Position numbers and translations under genes: made by a program. This document shows, in pieces, positions 61,723 through 64,000 of a stretch of 64,000 bases of DNA. Each line of letters begins with the position of its first letter. Position 1 is the first letter of the stretch. Source of the stretch: Opitutales bacterium (GTDB lineage Bacteria; Verrucomicrobiota; Verrucomicrobiia; Opitutales; PNEW01); NCBI GenBank assembly GCA_965197745.1, contig CBDANS010000006.1, positions 288,001-352,000 of the forward strand, written 5' to 3'. The notes under the pieces were generated by a model that searched no databases, had not been told where the DNA came from, and saw nothing but the letters and a program-made list of their open reading frames with translations.

Positions 61723-62331
61723 TTATTGATCTACGAGTGGGGCAAATGTGCTTTGACGCCTTTGTCCCATGGGCGTGCCAAAAATCTCGGAATAGAGAAA
61801 TGCCTTTCGCGCACTCTTGGAATCCTCAAGCATAGACGTGATTTCACGACGGAAAGTGGATTTAGAGCCCCGTTTTTTTCTCAAACTATAATCATCTCTT
61901 TGTGCTTTCCTCGTCATCGGTTGCTGCACTCTTTCCGATTCTCTGTTGGCTTCACGCAACCGCTCCATCTGGGCAGTCAGTTGTTTCTGCAAGTCAATAG
62001 CGGCAGGTGGTTCCGGTTCACGCATAGGGGTCACTCGGGGTTCGGGTGGTATAGGAATACTGAAAGGGGAACGCTGTGTCGCAGTTGGCCGATCGAAAGT
62101 CGGCATCGGAGGGGTCAATGTTGGTGAAGGTTCATCCTCCACTGTCTCCTGCTGACGCTCCGCAATTCTGCGCCTGATTTCGTCCTGTATTTTTCTTTGG
62201 CGTTCGGATTCATCAGGCGGCGTTGCGGGAGCCCCTGATTTATCATCTTCCCCTTTACCGAATAATTTGGATATACCGTAGAGGACAAAAAATATAATCG
62301 GCAGCAGGTACTCTATCCAATTAGTATCCAT
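61723..62331 (-). CDS. Membrane-anchored hypothetical protein in the nfeD-floA operon (YqfB position)
   Basis: N-terminal TM segment; C-terminal ARKAFLYSEIFGTP motif. Confidence 0.75.
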   Translation of the reverse strand: MDTNWIEYLLPIIFFVLYGISKLFGKGEDDKSGAPATPPDESERQRKIQDEIRRRIAERQQETVEDEPSPTLTPPMPTFDRPTATQRSPFSIPIPPEPRVTPMREPEPPAAIDLQKQLTAQMERLREANRESERVQQPMTRKAQRDDYSLRKKRGSKSTFRREITSMLEDSKSARKAFLYSEIFGTPMGQRRQSTFAPLVDQ

Positions 62332-62362
62332 AAGCGCGTGCGGACAGTAAGGCGTTCAATTA

Positions 62363-63400
62363 TTAAGTGGCATCACTTCCGCTATCATTATCGTCATCTT
62401 TTCCAATAGATTGGCGCATCTCGGTATCCGACTGGATATTCATCATACGATAATAATCCATAACACCCATATTGCCCCCTCTCAGGGCCTCTGCCATGGC
62501 CATGGGGACTTCGGCCTGTGCTTCAACAAGTTTGGCCCGCATCTCTTCAACTTTTGCCGTCATCTCCTGTTCAACAGCAACCGCGGCAGCGCGACGGATT
62601 TCAGCTTGTGCCTGGGCTACTTTTTTATTCGCTTCAGCTTGAGCTTCCTGCAGTTGGGCCCCAATATTCTGACCTACGTCTATATCGGCAATGTCAATGG
62701 ATAATATTTCAAAAGCCGTCCCGGTATCCAGACCGCGTTGAAGAACGTTTTTAGATATTGAATCGGGATTTTCCAGAACCCATTTGTAGGTATCAGAAGA
62801 TCCAATGGTGGTAACGATTCCTTCGCCTACACGGGCGATAATTGTCTCTTCCTGTGCGCTGCCAACATAGTGATCGAGATCACTTCGCACCGTTACCCGC
62901 GCGCGCGCTTTCACCTGGATGCCATCTTTGGCCACGCCATCGATCGTAGCACGGCCGGACTCGGGGTTGGGGCAGTCAATAACTTTCGGGTTAATTGAAG
63001 TGCGCACCGCTTCCATTACCGACTTGCCGCTTCCTTTGGTGGCAAGATCGATAGCACACGCACGATTCCAGTCTATGGAAATTCCGGCTTTCATCGAATT
63101 GATGAGTGCCTGGGTTGTTTGAATGATATCGCCGCCTGCAAGATAGTGCTGTTCGAATTCATCACTTGGGATATCGACACCGGCTTTGGCCGCGGTGATG
63201 CGCGCCTCCACAATCAAAGAGTAAGGAACCCCGCGCAATCGCATAGCTATAAGGGTGGCGATGCTGACCGGTGCGCCCGACAACCAGGCCTTCAACCACA
63301 CATTAAAGAAGGAGATGATTAGAATAAAGACCCCGAGCAGAAAGATGCCAGCGATAACGAGAACAATCTGAGGGAAGGTAATGGCGATAGGAATTTGCAT
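62363..63400 (-). CDS. floA: Flotillin-like protein FloA (YqfA family)
   Basis: [31 protein letters not shown] and [15 protein letters not shown] motifs. Confidence 0.93.
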   Translation of the reverse strand: MQIPIAITFPQIVLVIAGIFLLGVFILIISFFNVWLKAWLSGAPVSIATLIAMRLRGVPYSLIVEARITAAKAGVDIPSDEFEQHYLAGGDIIQTTQALINSMKAGISIDWNRACAIDLATKGSGKSVMEAVRTSINPKVIDCPNPESGRATIDGVAKDGIQVKARARVTVRSDLDHYVGSAQEETIIARVGEGIVTTIGSSDTYKWVLENPDSISKNVLQRGLDTGTAFEILSIDIADIDVGQNIGAQLQEAQAEANKKVAQAQAEIRRAAAVAVEQEMTAKVEEMRAKLVEAQAEVPMAMAEALRGGNMGVMDYYRMMNIQSDTEMRQSIGKDDDNDSGSDAT

Positions 63401-63574
63401 AATATTAATGGATCGAGTTAGTTCGAAATTTCAGTCCTTGTTCAGCGATACTCTCGCACGCTAAAGCTTATTCATAAAGATATATTTAAAATAATGAATG
63501 GATTCAGTACTTATCTTGTCAAGTTTCCAAATAATGTAAGCGATATTTATTCATCAAACAAAGAAGCTATTTAT

Positions 63575-64000
63575 TTAGTCTACTGACGCCTTTTTTACAA
63601 CCACTTTATAGTCATCATAATTGATAACCTCTACCGGTGTCCCTTTTTCAAGCATACCACTTTTTGAAGTCGCCTCATATTCTATGCCCTCGACGAGAAT
63701 CTTGCCGGTCGGCGCCATGGTCGTGAGTGATTCTCCACTTTTGCCGATGATATTCTCCTCTGTTTGGGGTATATTACTGCTTCCCTCTACAGCCGTTCTA
63801 AGAAAAAGTTTTTCTCCTAACCGGGTTTTAGGTAATATTTTTAGTTCAAGGATTAACATGCCTATGGAAAGACCCATCGCGATAAAAAAAACAACCATCG
63901 CACTGAGCGCGCCGTGATCAATGTAAGCCATCACACAGGCGGTTAACATGAGAATGCCGCCGAGGATGGCAAGGATCCCTCCGGGCACAAATATTTCAAA
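63575..64000 (-). CDS. NfeD family protein (5' end outside the window)
   Basis: EIFVPGG hydrophobic segment; C-terminal OB fold IGKSG..LT.MAPTGKILVEG. Confidence 0.85.
   Translation of the reverse strand, partial: FEIFVPGGILAILGGILMLTACVMAYIDHGALSAMVVFFIAMGLSIGMLILELKILPKTRLGEKLFLRTAVEGSSNIPQTEENIIGKSGESLTTMAPTGKILVEGIEYEATSKSGMLEKGTPVEVINYDDYKVVVKKASVD

Overview
Bacterial chromosomal window, probably from Verrucomicrobiota (class Opitutae). This is an inference from the RNase HIII type, the gene content and a shared secreted-protein C-terminal module. The left ~17 kb carries housekeeping and transport genes (rnhC, dnaE, xylB, an RND pump). Their intergenic regions are packed with small repeats: a RAYT transposase with two GGAG-footed REP types in BIME-like arrays, a hairpin nested inside REPs, polar heptamer tracts and other mini-elements. 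17.8-33.3 kb is an ABC-transporter-dependent surface polysaccharide locus (wzm, gmd, wzt, glycosyltransferases, methyltransferases, a sulfotransferase-like gene). 33.5-42.2 kb holds tRNA-Gly, a pilin-like gene, SDRs and a CDP-alcohol phosphotransferase. Two large secreted proteins (28958-30874 and 39877-42153) share an equal-length ~276-aa C-terminal module. 42-64 kb is core genome (rsmE, rsmD, folA, purB, PPi-PFK, two tRNA-Glu, purC, rpmH-rnpA-yidD-yidC, yebC, prmA, dnaJ, grpE, ftsK, rodZ, floA, nfeD). The most notable observation is that dispersed REP arrays contain the last 10 codons of the RAYT gene, one copy differing only by synonymous changes, so they look like internally deleted RAYT elements. 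All alignments and counts were done by eye; no database searches were run.
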